Position numbers and translations under genes: made by a program | Shown: piece by piece, positions 51,400-64,000 of the stretch | How the letters are laid out: every line of letters begins with the position of its first letter | Position numbering within the stretch: position 1 is the first letter of the stretch | The notes under the pieces: model-generated | Databases searched by the model: none | What the model was told of the DNA's origin: nothing | The model's input: the letters and a program-made list of their open reading frames with translations, nothing else | Assembly: GCA_002633005.1 (NCBI GenBank) | Contig: NMRA01000011.1 | Span: 30,324 to 94,323, forward strand | Direction of reading: 5' to 3' | DNA length: 64,000 nucleotides | Source: Phoronis australis | Lineage: Eukaryota; Animalia; Phoronida

Positions 51400-53341
51400 C
51401 CGTACATTGGTTTAAATGGTCTGAAATCCGGCCTCTAAAGATACCATAGTTGGTTGTGGCATAAGCGTTAAGTCGTATTTCAGCGAATGAAGCCTATTCA
51501 CCACAAACCAACATGAAAACAACCCCAGCAACCACGCGTCTTGTTTACATTTTCGGAATTTCGTTGTTGTAAGGTGAAGGTCATTTGACGGAAAGGCCTT
51601 GACCTTCTTGAAACAAAAGCTAAATTTCATAGCTTTTTGATATAGAAGAAACTTTTTTGATAAATAATATTCGATTATTTTGAAAAGAGTATTTAATTAG
51701 AAAGAAGTGCTTCATTGCTACAATATTTTGAATCTCTCTATATATCCCGAAATGCTTTGCGACGACTGGATCACGTTGTGCAAAATGGCTGTGTGTACGG
51801 GAGAATGTCCCATCAAAGGTCCCATGGAATATTCTTTTAGGTTAGATTTTGTGGTGTCGTTGTCGATTTTTTCGTACAAGTTTCTTTGAAAGTATATTCG
51901 CATAGAGCTAAAATATTTCTGTGACCGATACCGTAATAAGTTAAACTCAAGGTGCCCGGGCATCGATCCGTCAATTATTGCGATGGCGATGCCAAGGCGC
52001 CGATATGGCATGCCATCGCGTCCTGTCCCGAGGCGGACCGTGTATTTGTGCATTCGTGAACACCCGTAGGTTCAAGCTTCTTCTCATGTAGTCTATTTTT
52101 CCAGCACTTTTCTACAACTGCTTGTCACGTACGTTATACTGAAAATGTTGCTAGTCGTTTTTCGTTGTGTGTCTACTCTTTCTTTGTTTATCTTGACAGC
52201 GGTGCACCTCTTGCTGTGCGCCGTTAGATCTACAAATTATGCATACTGGGTGATCTTTTCTACTGTAAATTAACATCTTTTTGACAATGTTTTAAACGCA
52301 GTTACTGTTTGAGTCTGAATTGGAGGTAAAACAAATACTGAATCGATGTGCCTCTGTGATTGTTACTAAAAGTTACGTGTATGTGTTCCATTTGTTCAGT
52401 TCCTCTTGCGGCTTGCCTACGACTGTAGTGAAGCGCGAATTCCGGTTGTGATGACACGTGCAGTCACATAAATCCTCTCTAAGTTGCTTGCCAAGCGGCA
52501 ATTGGCTCTTGACCGAATGGTCGTCGCACATGCAACCTGGGTTCAAGTCCCACCGGAGACACAGAAAATTTTCTACACGACTACGAGTTGAGGAACACAC
52601 ACGATCACCAGCGTTGGATGCATGCATTTTATGGTGTGATATTGCCTGATTTTTGCCTTTACAATTTTGACTTCAGTCAATTTACTGTTGTAATTTAGGG
52701 ACATTTGATATGTTATGACTGCTGAGGGTTTCAAATGCACTGATATTCACCACTTAAAGAGATAAATTGTGGGAAAAAGTCGAGTAAACAGTTCCTCTTC
52801 AATGTATTCTGGGAACTAGTTTTTACCGAATAGCAGACATTGCCGTTACTCAGCGAAAACTGGTTCCTGGCAGTTATTTGCAAGAGGCACCCATTACTCG
52901 GAATTTTACCTAAATTGTGTACGAAAGGTATTGAATCTAGGAAAAATGTATGGATTTAAAATTTTGAAGTAACCACTTGTTTTGAAATATTGGGTCAATT
53001 ATTTTCCGACTTGGCTACTTGCTGGTGCAACTTCTAGATGACTTGGTATTTTTCCCAGGTGACCAAGCAATCTGAAGTTGCATTGGCGAGCTGCAGGTTG
53101 CCAAATTGAGCACGGAAGACGTAACTCCGTTACAGTCAATGTGCTCATGATTAAAAAGATACTTCGCGTAACCTGTCCGCCACGCCTGCTGCCCTGCTCA
53201 GGTGCTCGTTTTGTCAGAATGTAGCAGAATACATCCCGTATGCCGGAAGATTTTCAGCCTCCATTATGTTATGAAAGCCGTGTGACTGTTGAGCGATTTC
53301 TCAGTAAAATGAGAAGCAGTGCTGTATTGGTAGAATTAGAG
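51400..53341. promoter_or_regulatory. Probable shared divergent promoter / 5' UTR region of RITA1 and USPL1
   Basis: Head-to-head genes; donor-like sites at ~51400 (-) and 53342 (+, GTAAGT); locally CpG-richer. Inferred; TSSs are not located. Confidence 0.45.
52504..52620 (+). repeat. tRNA-derived SINE-like relic
   Basis: A-box-like tgaccgaatggt and B-box ggttcaagtcc; no intact cloverleaf. Confidence 0.45.
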
Positions 53342-53531
53342 GTAAGTAGGCGCCCAAGCCCACCATATTACTTTGAGCACTGAACACAACTTATGGTGCA
53401 TAGGAGCTACGTTAAAATGCCAAAAGGTGGTAGGCTGCGCCTCCGTGCACATACGCCCCACTACAGCACTGACGAGAAGAGGAAAATATCTGCTGGTTTT
53501 AATTGTCTCGGTCTTTCAAACAGGTAACATC

Positions 53532-56500
53532 ATGGAAGACAGTTCCTTGTGTGATGCATGCTTACGAAACGGAGAAAGGAAAGAGTTAAAGACGTTCCAG
53601 ATAAACTTTGAAGAGGCCATAGTCTTGTGTGAGAACACAAGAGTAAGTACTTGATATTGTTATTACTGTGCGCATGCAAGCAAAGACTACTGTTTTGCCT
53701 GTGTTTTATTCAGTTTTATTCTTATTATTACTCTGCACGTGCAAGTGCAGAGTACTGTTCTGCCTGGGTTCTCGACCAACTTTGCCACTTGATAACTCTA
53801 AAATGACTGCAGGTAACTCGTTCTAATTTGAGGTAGGCTATTTAGCAGTATATAAATTTTGATTCATTATATAATGATGTTCCATAGTGCACCGGAAGAG
53901 GTCATTTGGTGCAAAGGTCATACAATTTTCAAAATGCTACCCATACAGTTTTATTGATGTCTTTTTCAAATTTGGTGCACAGGTGTAAGTCAAGAAGGCA
54001 ATCAAAAAAATACTTTTCTAAGTAATCGGGTCATCCAATCAGGTCAAACAGGTCACAGGTTTTCTAGTATAAAGATTTTGAACATTTATTTCTCTTCATA
54101 ACATCTAAATGTTAAAAATATCTTTAAAATTGTCAGTGAAGATCGAGGCAGGAAGTGCCGGAACGTGGTGGAAATTACCAAAAATTACCCTTTTGTGATT
54201 GGTCAGTTGCAGTTTTCTATGAAAGACTGGCCTATGAAAAATGCACTTACTTGGTTTTGCATTGTGAGATATTGTATCGTATACTTTGGAAATAATTTTA
54301 AGATGTCGAGGGCGAAATTTCTGTGACTAGTATAATGGTGAATTACATTTCATTTAGAAAGGGGAGTTAATGTAATTAACCTTGTTTAATCACACTGCTT
54401 CAAAACTGAGAACCCTGATGACTACAACATCGTTAAAGGCGAAGGCAACCTTTTTCCGTGTCATTTTTAGCAAAAATAAGGTTCGTTGATTATCCCAGAC
54501 ACATTTTTCAGTTTATTACAGCATTTTGTTCTTTAAACACTTACTTGTCCTCTACTCCTGAAGTGAAGTTTTGGGAGGCAAGAATTTCGTGCCACTCTCT
54601 TTTCATAAAGTCTGACTGTGAGAGCTGCCGCGTCAGTCATTGTTCTATCTGGGTTGTGATAAGTTAGGTCGCTGTTTACTTTTGTTTACGTGTCAGTCAA
54701 CATGCCACACTGTTAGCCTACTGCGTACCGGGATGGTCTCATTATCGTTTCACAGATAGAGGAACAACTGTCCCACTTGCCCGAGTGTCCCGTGACACAC
54801 TCCCACTGGATAGTGACCTGAGCACACAAACTGCTTACATCCCGCCGTGTGACTCACTCGCCACACACCTGGCACCTTCTAAATAGCTCAAATACTTTAG
54901 ACATGTCCACAATAAACTTATCAACAACAAACTGTCCTCTTCACTGGGTGTCGAACTGGGCCTGTATTCACTCTCACTACTCAACATCGCAGCAGGGCTG
55001 CTTACAGGCTCCTGGCAATGATGAGTACATCCCGGTACGCAGCAACAGTTTGACTGACTCGTTAACAAAGGCAAACGACGACCGAACTCATCACAGCCGA
55101 GGTAGATCAAAGACTGACTCTACAGCTCTCACAGTCAGACTTTATGAAAAGAAATTGGCGTGAAATTCTTGCCTCCCACAATATCACTTTCGAAGTAGAA
55201 AACGAAAAATTAATTAAATTACGAAAAGCTATAATTAAGTGGAAAATATGTCTGGGATAATCAACGAATCTTATTTTTTGCTAATTGAAGTGATGTGAAA
55301 AAAGGTTGCCTTCACCTTTAATTTATTTTACATTAATTTATTCTCCACATTATTTTTCAGTGCACATCTCCCCTTGGTTCTCCGTTCTTCGTGTTGAAAA
55401 GAAATGCTACAGATTTACACAAAGTGAAGAGGAAGAAGCTTAAGAGCCTCGCCTCTGAGTCTTTCATCTGTGCCAAACCCCATGTGGGCAAAGCCTTCCC
55501 AGTTGTGAGCACTAGTGGCCCCGATGCAAACCCTGGTGCATTGTCTTCTTTGGGAACTAAGTCTCAACTCTCGACAACGCCAACTGGAGTAAAGACTCCT
55601 GCAACTAGTTGTATACCTAATGGTCTCTCAGCATTCCAGCCTTATCGGAAGGCACCAGGGACAGTTCAGTCTCAAGACTCTGGTCATACTGTCTCGACCT
55701 GCAGTCCATCTCAGGTGATGGTTGGCCTTTCTCCTCCCTGCATCCCTGAACACGACTCGGATATTCAGGTTGGTCCTAATGTGACGGAAGTTCTCAATGG
55801 CAGTGTAACGTTGCCGGCTACCCAACCATTTTGTTTTGTGCATAAAAATCAACTCAGGTACCCACAGTGGAAGAACAGAGATGCCCTCTGTTGGCTGGAT
55901 GTGGCTATGTGCTTGTTGTGCCACTGTCTTGATGGACACTCCCTTCCTGGTGGCATTGTCAAGACATTGGTCATCTCATTTATGGACGCATTGTTTCTTC
56001 TTAACCCTCTCTTGAAAAGCTCATATTCACGAATCGCCTTAGTTGACAAACAGAAGTTTCCAGTCAAGACCGGTGGAGGTCAAGTGCCACCAAAGGCATC
56101 GGCAGCGACTTCTGCGGGGACACCAGATGTTGTTAGTTCTCAGTTTTGCGATATCATTCCTGCTGCCGATGGCATTATGGATGCGGTGAGGGAACGGTCG
56201 TTTGACTTTTTGCAGCCGAGATTAAAATGTGTCCGTGGTCATCGTGACAGTCCTCTGTTTGCCCTGATGTCGTTGATCAGTGAGATTGAGGTTGTGGATA
56301 AAATGTTTAGAGTAAACTACACATGGGAAATGAGCTGTTCAAAATGTGGCCATCATCAGGTGGATAGGTAAGTTGATTGTGCCACACATATTTAAGTTGA
56401 ATCAAAATTGTCAAGTTTATTCTTAATAAATAAATCTATTTTGCAGCTTCAAATCTAGGCATAGACATAATCCACCGTTGTTGTGCAACATTCGGTCTAC

Positions 56501-59500
56501 ATCATATCTTTGCAAAACTAGGAATGCTTGGTGTCTGTGAATTTAATGCATTCCTATGATAACAAGGCGGTTGTTGCATGGATTTATACTGACTCATTGT
56601 TTTGTTTTTACTATCAATGTGTTCACAATGTCTTGAAGTTGTTTTTTAGCTATCTTGTTTCAAAGTTGTTTGGTCGTGTAAGATATTTATCTGGTTTGTT
56701 TCCATAATAACTCTGGTATGTCTGCTTATTGTTGCAGGAATTCTGATATTGTCCCATCTTTGCCAGCAATGTCATCGAACTTCAGCATGACGAATATTTT
56801 TTTCGCAAGAAACTGCTTTCGATGCGCTGAATCAAACCAGCGAAGATGTATGCAGTTCAATAGGTTTGTGTGTGCTAGATGAAGGTTCAAAAAAATTGTG
56901 CATTTGTAAACATATTGTTAAATGCCATTTTCACTTAGAATAGCTTTAATGTCAACCAACAGTAACTGTTTAGATTTAGGCCACTCACTATAATAAAATT
57001 GGTCTTGTTCCTTAGTTTAGAAGTGATTTCTGGAAGAAATGACAGTTTGTTATCTCTTCAGATCAAGCTCGCAAAATTTCAGATCACGGTGTTGAAACAA
57101 GAAGCTTGGACTTGTGTTGTTTCACGGCTCGTTTGTTTTTAAAGCCACCGTATTCTTAAAACATTCAACACTCACCCTTGTTCATAAAGGAATGTCCCAA
57201 GGTAATAGTCATAGTATCTAAACAGTGCTCAATATGCCTGTAGCAAATGGCTTATTCTCGTAACTCATGGGGTGGAAACCAATTCTTACCACACTCTGTA
57301 AAAACTTACCATAGACACTAAACCTTTACCTGAGAACCTGATCTCCAACTACACCCAATGTTTCTGGCCCCATCTCTATGGCTATTTTGTGGTAAGAGTG
57401 ACTGAGTGTTGATGGAGTTCTGGTTCTGTGGCAAGGGTTTCAGTGCTGTATGGTAAGGGTTCATGCCCGTGATAAGTTTTGGTTTCCACCACTTGAAACT
57501 CACCGTGCCGTTTTTCGTAACTGCATTGCAAATGAACCAAATTTCCGGTGAAATCCTAATTTTGCGTTAATGAGTAGAAACAAGTTGTAGAATCTGATGT
57601 CAAAGCCGGTTACTTTGGGAATGACAGCAAGGCACCCTGAGTGCCGTGATTGCTTACACTTGTTTACCTGCTTTCAAATGCATGCTTATTGTGAATGCCA
57701 GAGGAGTATTCGACTGTAATCTGTGACTGTTCCAGGTTGCCAGAGAAGGTTTTGTTCCACTTTACGGAGGGTGTGCCGCATGCCAGGCTACGTGAGTATG
57801 ACTTCACCTTCAGCGAACACAAGTATCATTTGACGGGCATCATACAACATAGAGCCGGACCTGAGCATTTTGTTGCCTGGATACGCGATCCGGTTGGTAA
57901 GTATTTGTCAGAATTGGGCCGCGCTACATGTAAGTTATATATGGTCTCAGTTCTCATCCTTTCAAGTATATCCTTTTTCGAAAACCGGGTCAGTCCCATG
58001 GTATCTGCATCGTCAATAAAAATCTCTGGTTTTGTTTAGAGTGTATTTTACGCGAAGACTTTTATTTTATTTACATCTGAGTTGCTCTCTAGCTCTGTGG
58101 TTTGAACAGATTCATTGATTTTTGGACTTGTCAGGCTGTCGCCAGTTGCTGATGACTTACTTGAAGGAAAAACAATTAAAACCATCATGAGCAGTGTGAA
58201 ATGGTCCCTGTATGGCTTACCAAAACATTTTTTCTCAGCAATTAAACATAAATGCCCCACTAGTATAGAATATTAACCCAGGGTGCTGACTAGGGAGAAC
58301 ATGATATGTTGGAGCAATCAATTGTCTCTAAACTCAATTATATGGTACCCCTTTGAATCTGAACCACTTTGAACAGGTTTATCCAGGGGTAGGAATCCGA
58401 ATTTGGCTCTGATATTATAATCATCCCATGTTCGTTTAAAGAAATGCTTTTTTCATGAGCTGAGCATGACTCAATTTATTCCTGATGTTTGTCTTCAAAT
58501 ATAATGATGAGCAGAAAAGGTTAATAGGCTTTTCAAACATTATTTAGAATGTGCATAGACGATCTCTGGGAAGACTTGATTTCAGATCACATGTATGTTT
58601 TTGGTAATATTTTTAATTTTCCTTAAAGTTAGAGATATTTGTTTGGAGACTTAAGTTTGGAAATAATATATAAGTTGCTTATTATCCGTGTCAAGTGATT
58701 AACTCAGAGTTTCAGTCTATTTAATATTTTAGATTCTTTTCTCAAAGTGCTGTTTTGTCTCCTAGTTTGTTTTATTTATGGCTGTTGAAATAAAAATAAT
58801 TTTGAAAGCAGAATATTTTTCTGAATTCTTTTTGTATATGCTTGGCAAGTAAGGTGTTCTCTAACTGGTAAACCTAGCTTGTCAGCCAGTGGATGCTGAC
58901 TTATTTTCGTGACACCTTTGTGGGTCTTAGCACGAGAAAATAAGTCAAAGATCACTGTATTATACCACTCATACTGTGGTATTGACAAGTGCAACTGTCC
59001 GTAACTTATTGCAGTTTAGCGATGTACAAACTCCACTGTCATAGGTTTGCGATGTCTGTTTATAAAAAGAAAATGTGATGATTGGTTCTGCTCTGTTTTC
59101 TTTTTGTTTTTTGTTTTGAAAATTGATGCTATTGAGTTTGAAGAAAGTTGCCCGATGCTTGATGAAATAGGTCAAGGCCCTTTTTTCCCAAGCGCCACCT
59201 GTTGGCAGCTGAATTTTGCCGGGTTTTTTCTCTGGTCAACAATGTCACTTGATGCCAGCTGAAATAGGTCAGGATCTACCTGTTTTCCCCTCAAAGTCAC
59301 CTGATGCCAGCTGAAATGGGTTGGGTACTTTTCTCGTTTAACTGCAAGGCACACGTTTCAAAATCAGCGTGGCTCAGATCAGACCCAATTGTGATATTTT
59401 TTGCCTCAGGCGATACCTAATAAGTTAGGAAATGTCCTTAGGTCTTTGGTTCTGCATTTTGACTTCTGTATTAAAAATATCTGCATTAAGCGACTTTTTT

Positions 59501-62500
59501 AAGAATTTTTTTTTTAGTTGGGGTCTGAAATTGGCTCCGATAATGATACAGTATAATTGCACCAATTTAAAACTCAAAGTGGCAGATAAATCCCATCTTT
59601 TTACAAAGATCAGCAAATAAGTGCATTCTCTTCTCTTATATCTGCACCATGATTGCCACCAGGTTGGTAGTGTTTTGAAAATTTATTGGCATTCACAACA
59701 ATGTTCAAAGCAGATAATTTTCTCTAAAATTGGCAAGATTTTATGGTACAAATAGTCGTTAAGTAGAGCAGCTAATGAATGGTGAACCGTGTTGGTTCCA
59801 CCAGTTTGAGGTTATTGTTCAAAATTAAATACGGGATTATTATATCAGTTACTGCTGCAAGTTATTATATTCCTATTTTTATTAGAGAGGTAAACGGTTA
59901 ATCGGCCCCTCTGGTGGTTGAGCCATATGCACACTCGTCTTTGCATGCATGATGACGTCATTCTGCTTTAAAGCTTCCCAAAAAATAAATAAATCACATC
60001 ATTTTTGCTCGACAGGTAAATTGTTCTATTTTTGGTATTTGTTTCGCGAGTACAGTATGATGCTCATACTAGACTCTAAATACATCTACATTGGTAATAG
60101 TTCACAGATTTCATACAAATTGCCGTGTAGCATTAAATATTGACCCCGTGAAACAATGACCCATGGGTCACTTTAACATTGAAAATGACCCGGTCGCTTT
60201 TTAATGGAGTCCAAATTTAGTGTGAACTACTTATATATAAATGACAGGTTAAAAAGCAAAGATTATAGATTTTCTTTCCTGCACATCGCTCGGGGATTGC
60301 CACGTTAAAAAATTCTTCTCTCACGCACGCTATTCCCCTCTCACAGATGCAAGTCGCCCATCCTCACCGTGTTGGTAATTGCGTCTCCGAAGACATTTCT
60401 ATACTCACCCTTGATAATTTATCAAGCATATTTCTCAATTGCACGTAGACTAGCTCTCTGCCTGAGAAACGGCAAACCCTCGGCTTAACCCACACCAGTA
60501 GCCCCCCCTGCATATCTAGCATAGTTGAAAGGTCCCCTATTGTGGGTATCATGTCTGCTTATCCAAACCCCTGTTGCGGGAAGCTGCTGAATGATGACTG
60601 GACATGTTTTCACGAACATGGGGTCATTGGTTGAAAATTCTTCACATTAAATTTAGAACCTTTGAAAAAACTACCCATTGATCATTTTTTCACAGGGTCC
60701 TTATTTAATGCTACACCAGCAAAGACAGCATGGCTAGTAATATTGGACTTTTTGTCTCTTGGGGAATCAGTGGGCGTTTCTTGTTTGCGCTCGGGCATCG
60801 ATTCATTTCAGATGAAATATTTCTGAGTGTGTGGTGTATCCATATCCAGCAAGTCTAAAACTGATAGTGATTTTGGTCCAAATCATGCCCCAGGGCATTA
60901 AATTCAATCTATAAAAAGCAAACCACAAAGCGAAACTAAACTCATTTCATAACCATTCCACAAGTCATTCATTTTTTCCATACTTGATCAGTATTAAGAA
61001 GTAAACGTGTCTTTCCGATGGTACTATTTTCACCAGTGCCCATGGGATTCCAGGTCAACTATGTCAAATTTCTAGCAGGATGACGTCATCGCACAGTTTT
61101 GCCAGCAGAGGGGGCGAAAAACTGCTTAGGTCTATTATATTGCATTGTGAACTACTAAAATACAAGTTAAAGTAATGACAAGTCTGTCTTCGAAGTGTCA
61201 ACTAACTTCCTCTTCACTTGGAAAGGATCTCAAATTGGTTGCATTCACTATTATTAATAATGGCTACTAAATACGCGTTTTGACTAGCGATGCAGTAGAA
61301 TATAGGTTATATGCCAAATTGTCTATAGACTCAAAGTGTGACTCATTGAGAAATCAGGGTTTAGGTATTGGGTAAAGATTTTCTCAATCAAATGTGACTA
61401 CTGTGGTGTACCGACTAGGAACTACTCGACTACCGGGGTAAGTCCCCATTTTGTTTGTTTTCATACATTATGTATTACATAACGAGCGTGCTCTAGTTTT
61501 TCCACAAAATAAATTGAACTTCAGGTTGAAGTGCTAAAATTCTGAATATACAGTCAAACTGCACTACAATTAATTTCTCTCGGGCCAAAACTAACTTTGT
61601 AGTTCACTGCTGTCAAATTAATTTGTATACAATACAGTAAGCTTAGAATTGGATTTGTAGATTGGAATGTAAATGTATGCATGTTGCAATGTAGTTTGAC
61701 TGCAAGTTTGAAGATAAAGGAATCACAAAATGGCATCGTTTTGAAACTCAGTGTAGGTGTGACGCAGTTCAACGTCGTGATTACAATTGTGACAGACTAG
61801 GTTTGTAATAGAGTAGGCTTGGCGTTAGGGCAAACGTTGACGCTGTGCTGATATTTCATTTTTCTGTTGTTAAATCTCGAAACGTTCACAGTATTTGATT
61901 GTTTTATGCTTTGTCACAGTTTTCTCCTTATGAACAGGTAAGTTGGCATGTTGATAGTGTGTTTCAGAAATCTTAGGTCATTTTTGTGGCTGGATACCCA
62001 GTCAGATGTTGAGTATTTCCTCATCGTGTCTGTTGTTCAATTCCAGGGGACCAGTGGATGGAATGTGATGACATGTTGTCATCCGTGACGCAATATCAGC
62101 CTGTGTGCCCTGACATTCTTCCGTCAGAAGTTCACATTATGCTGTGGCAGCGTGCTGTCGAATCCAACGTGGCTGCGAAAGTAGACCTGAAAACCGCTGG
62201 CAGTGCAAATTGTGCTAGGGGATCTATGGTGAAAGATTGTCCTGTTATTGATTGTGCAAAACCTGAAAATGTGTCTGAGCGCAAATGCAGTGATTTATCT
62301 TGTGAATCTGAAACCGCTGGCAATGCAAATTGTGATAAGGGATCGATGGTGAAAAGTTACCCTGTTGTTGATGGTGCAAATTCTGAAAAAGTGTTTGAGT
62401 GCAAATGCAGTGATTTATCTGACGAATCTGGTGTGATGCCTGCCGTCTCTTCACCCGATACTGCTGTGGCTCCAAGCGTTAACAGCCAGGAGTGGCTGCC

Positions 62501-63287
62501 CTGTGTGTTGAAAGTCAGTCCAAGTGTTGAGCTCGGCACAAAGGGGCTCACTTTGAATGAAGATCATATGCAATATAACAAACGATGCAGAGCCAAGCAG
62601 CGACTGACCCTTTTGCAATCATTAAAGAAAACACCAGGACAGTCCCGGTTGAAGGAACTCTCCCACCTGAAGCCCACAAAACCGATTGACCCTCCACCCC
62701 AATTAAATTCAGTCATCGTAAAGTCGAAGTGTTCAAGCCACTCGCCTGCAGGTGGAATGTCCGCAGGCCTTGACAAAGTAATGCAGGTTATTAATGCATA
62801 CAAAAAGACCTCATTTAAAGGATACGTCAGCAAAAAGCAGTCTGCGGAGAGCTCAAAAACTTCATCACCGGTCTTCGAAGAAAATGCAAAGCAGGGTAAA
62901 GTGGTAAAATTTCTTTTGAACAAAGCATCGCCAGAATCTGTAAGTGAAACGTCAGAATTGTCGAGCGACTGTTCAAAACAACCTTTTGCGGATAAAGTTG
63001 ATTCCCATAAGATGAAAACAAATGAAAGGCAGTCAGCGTCACCAACTTCTGGACTGGACACGTCTAGTGGTAGCGGTAGTGACAGTGTATTGGAGGATTT
63101 GTACAAAGTCCTCGATTTAGCACAGGCAGACAGTTTATTGCCCTTAGAACCATCGAACGATTTTATCTCTGAACTTTTGAGTGAAAGTGATGGTGCATTA
63201 GAAGCACAGACTCTTGATTTTAATTTGGCTTCGGTCATGAACACAGACATGGACGATTTCGATATTGACAAGTTACTTTTTTCGTAA
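53532..63287 (+). CDS. USPL1: SUMO-specific isopeptidase USPL1 (peptidase C98); exons 53532-53642, 55361-56367, 56738-56863, 57736-57896, 62047-63287
   Basis: All four introns are GT-AG and phase-compatible (0,2,2,1). N-terminal CxxC..FQINFEEAIVLCEN..C..PLG domain; catalytic QWKNRDALCWLD (Cys), HFVAW (His), WMECDD (Asp); also HFTEGVP and EVHIMLW. Confidence 0.93.
54437..55317. mobile_element. Kolobok-like non-autonomous element with long TIRs in USPL1 intron 1
   Basis: TTAA TSD (54433-36, 55318-21); termini aggcgaaggcaacc / ggttgccttcacct; imperfect inverted repeats extend ~300 bp; THAP-like CCVPGC relics. Confidence 0.85.
57263..57500. mobile_element. MITE in USPL1 intron 3
   Basis: ggtggaaaccaattctta versus taagttttggtttccacc inverted ends, with repeated accaca/accata motifs. 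Confidence 0.6.
60122..60720. mobile_element. TIR element in USPL1 intron 4
   Basis: gtgtagcattaaatattgaccccgtgaaa (60125-) versus tttcacagggtccttatttaatgctacac (-60717). Confidence 0.75.
62188..62430 (+). repeat. In-frame 120-bp (40-aa) tandem duplication in the last USPL1 exon
   Basis: TAGSANCARGSMVKDCPVIDCAKPENVSERKCSDLSCES / TAGNANCDKGSMVKSYPVVDGANSEKVFECKCSDLSDES. Confidence 0.92.
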
Positions 63288-63473
63288 ATTTGTTTTTTAT
63301 GGCTCATTTTTATATGATTTTTACTTGTTGTATTAGTTTGCATGGTACTTCGCATAACTGAAACCTGTTATACTTAATAAAAAATAAGTGCTGTGGAATT
63401 TAAATGATTATGGCAATAAAAGTATTGTGAATTTCCATCGAATTTTATGTGTCCTAGAACGAATTCAATGGCA

Positions 63474-64000
63474 TTTTTATGCGCCCACATATTTATATGT
63501 GGACGCATTATGCCGTCATGTCCGTCCGTCCGTCCGGGTGGCGTCCGGCGTCCGCTGCTCTATCTCCAAAACCCTTTGACGTACGTTCATGAAATTTGGC
63601 TCATATGTTCCATTCATGAATGGGACGGCATTTGCGAACTTTCGGACGGATCAGACTACCGGTGTGCCCCCTAGTGGCAATTTTAGTTTTTTAGGCTTTC
63701 CTTTGTATCTTCAAAAGTCCTGAACAGATTTTCATGAAATTTGGTATGTAGGCACCTATTAGTGAGATGACGCTATCCTTCCGTTTTCAGATGGATTCGA
63801 CATAGTTTGCACCACCTAGTGGCCATTTTTATTGTTTTTGAGTCTGTTTTTGTGCGTCCACCCCTCTATCAACCAAACCGCTCAAAGGATGATTGTGAAA
63901 ATAGGCACGTATATACTTACTTGTAGAGGACGGTTGACGATGATTTTCCGACGATTTTGACTACTGTGGCGCCTCCTAGTGGCAGTTTTGTTTTTTTTTT
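63474..64000 (+). mobile_element. 5' end of a Helentron/DINE-1-like non-autonomous element
   Basis: Starts in a T-run (tttttatgcgcccac), has a (GTCC)n microsatellite at 63520-63535, then ~145-bp repeats homologous to 45770-47090. Confidence 0.65.

Noticed and set aside
62564-63355. 263-aa antisense ORF
   Set aside because: Shadow of the Ser-rich USPL1 exon with no recognisable motifs; the same applies to 40173-40631 opposite the GPCR.

Overview
This is AT-rich, intron-containing eukaryotic DNA, most likely from an invertebrate metazoan, with one assembly gap (2350-3322). There are four recognisable host genes: two intronless paralogous rhodopsin-family GPCRs (25007-26122 and 40102-41220, +), a RITA1 homologue (49832-50401, -) and, head-to-head with it, a five-exon USPL1 SUMO isopeptidase (53532-63287, +). 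Most of the rest is decayed or nested mobile DNA. It includes a CACTA-ended element with an atypical spliced transposase-like gene (15-5640), a ~13 kb TIR-bounded element holding several nested insertions (8035-21314), Kolobok-like THAP elements, MITEs, a LINE ORF1 relic, tRNA-derived SINE-like heads, and a dispersed ~145-bp repeat family in which most units carry a CTCF-like motif. No prokaryotic-type system (operon, CRISPR) is present. All family assignments come from reading motifs by eye; no database search was run.
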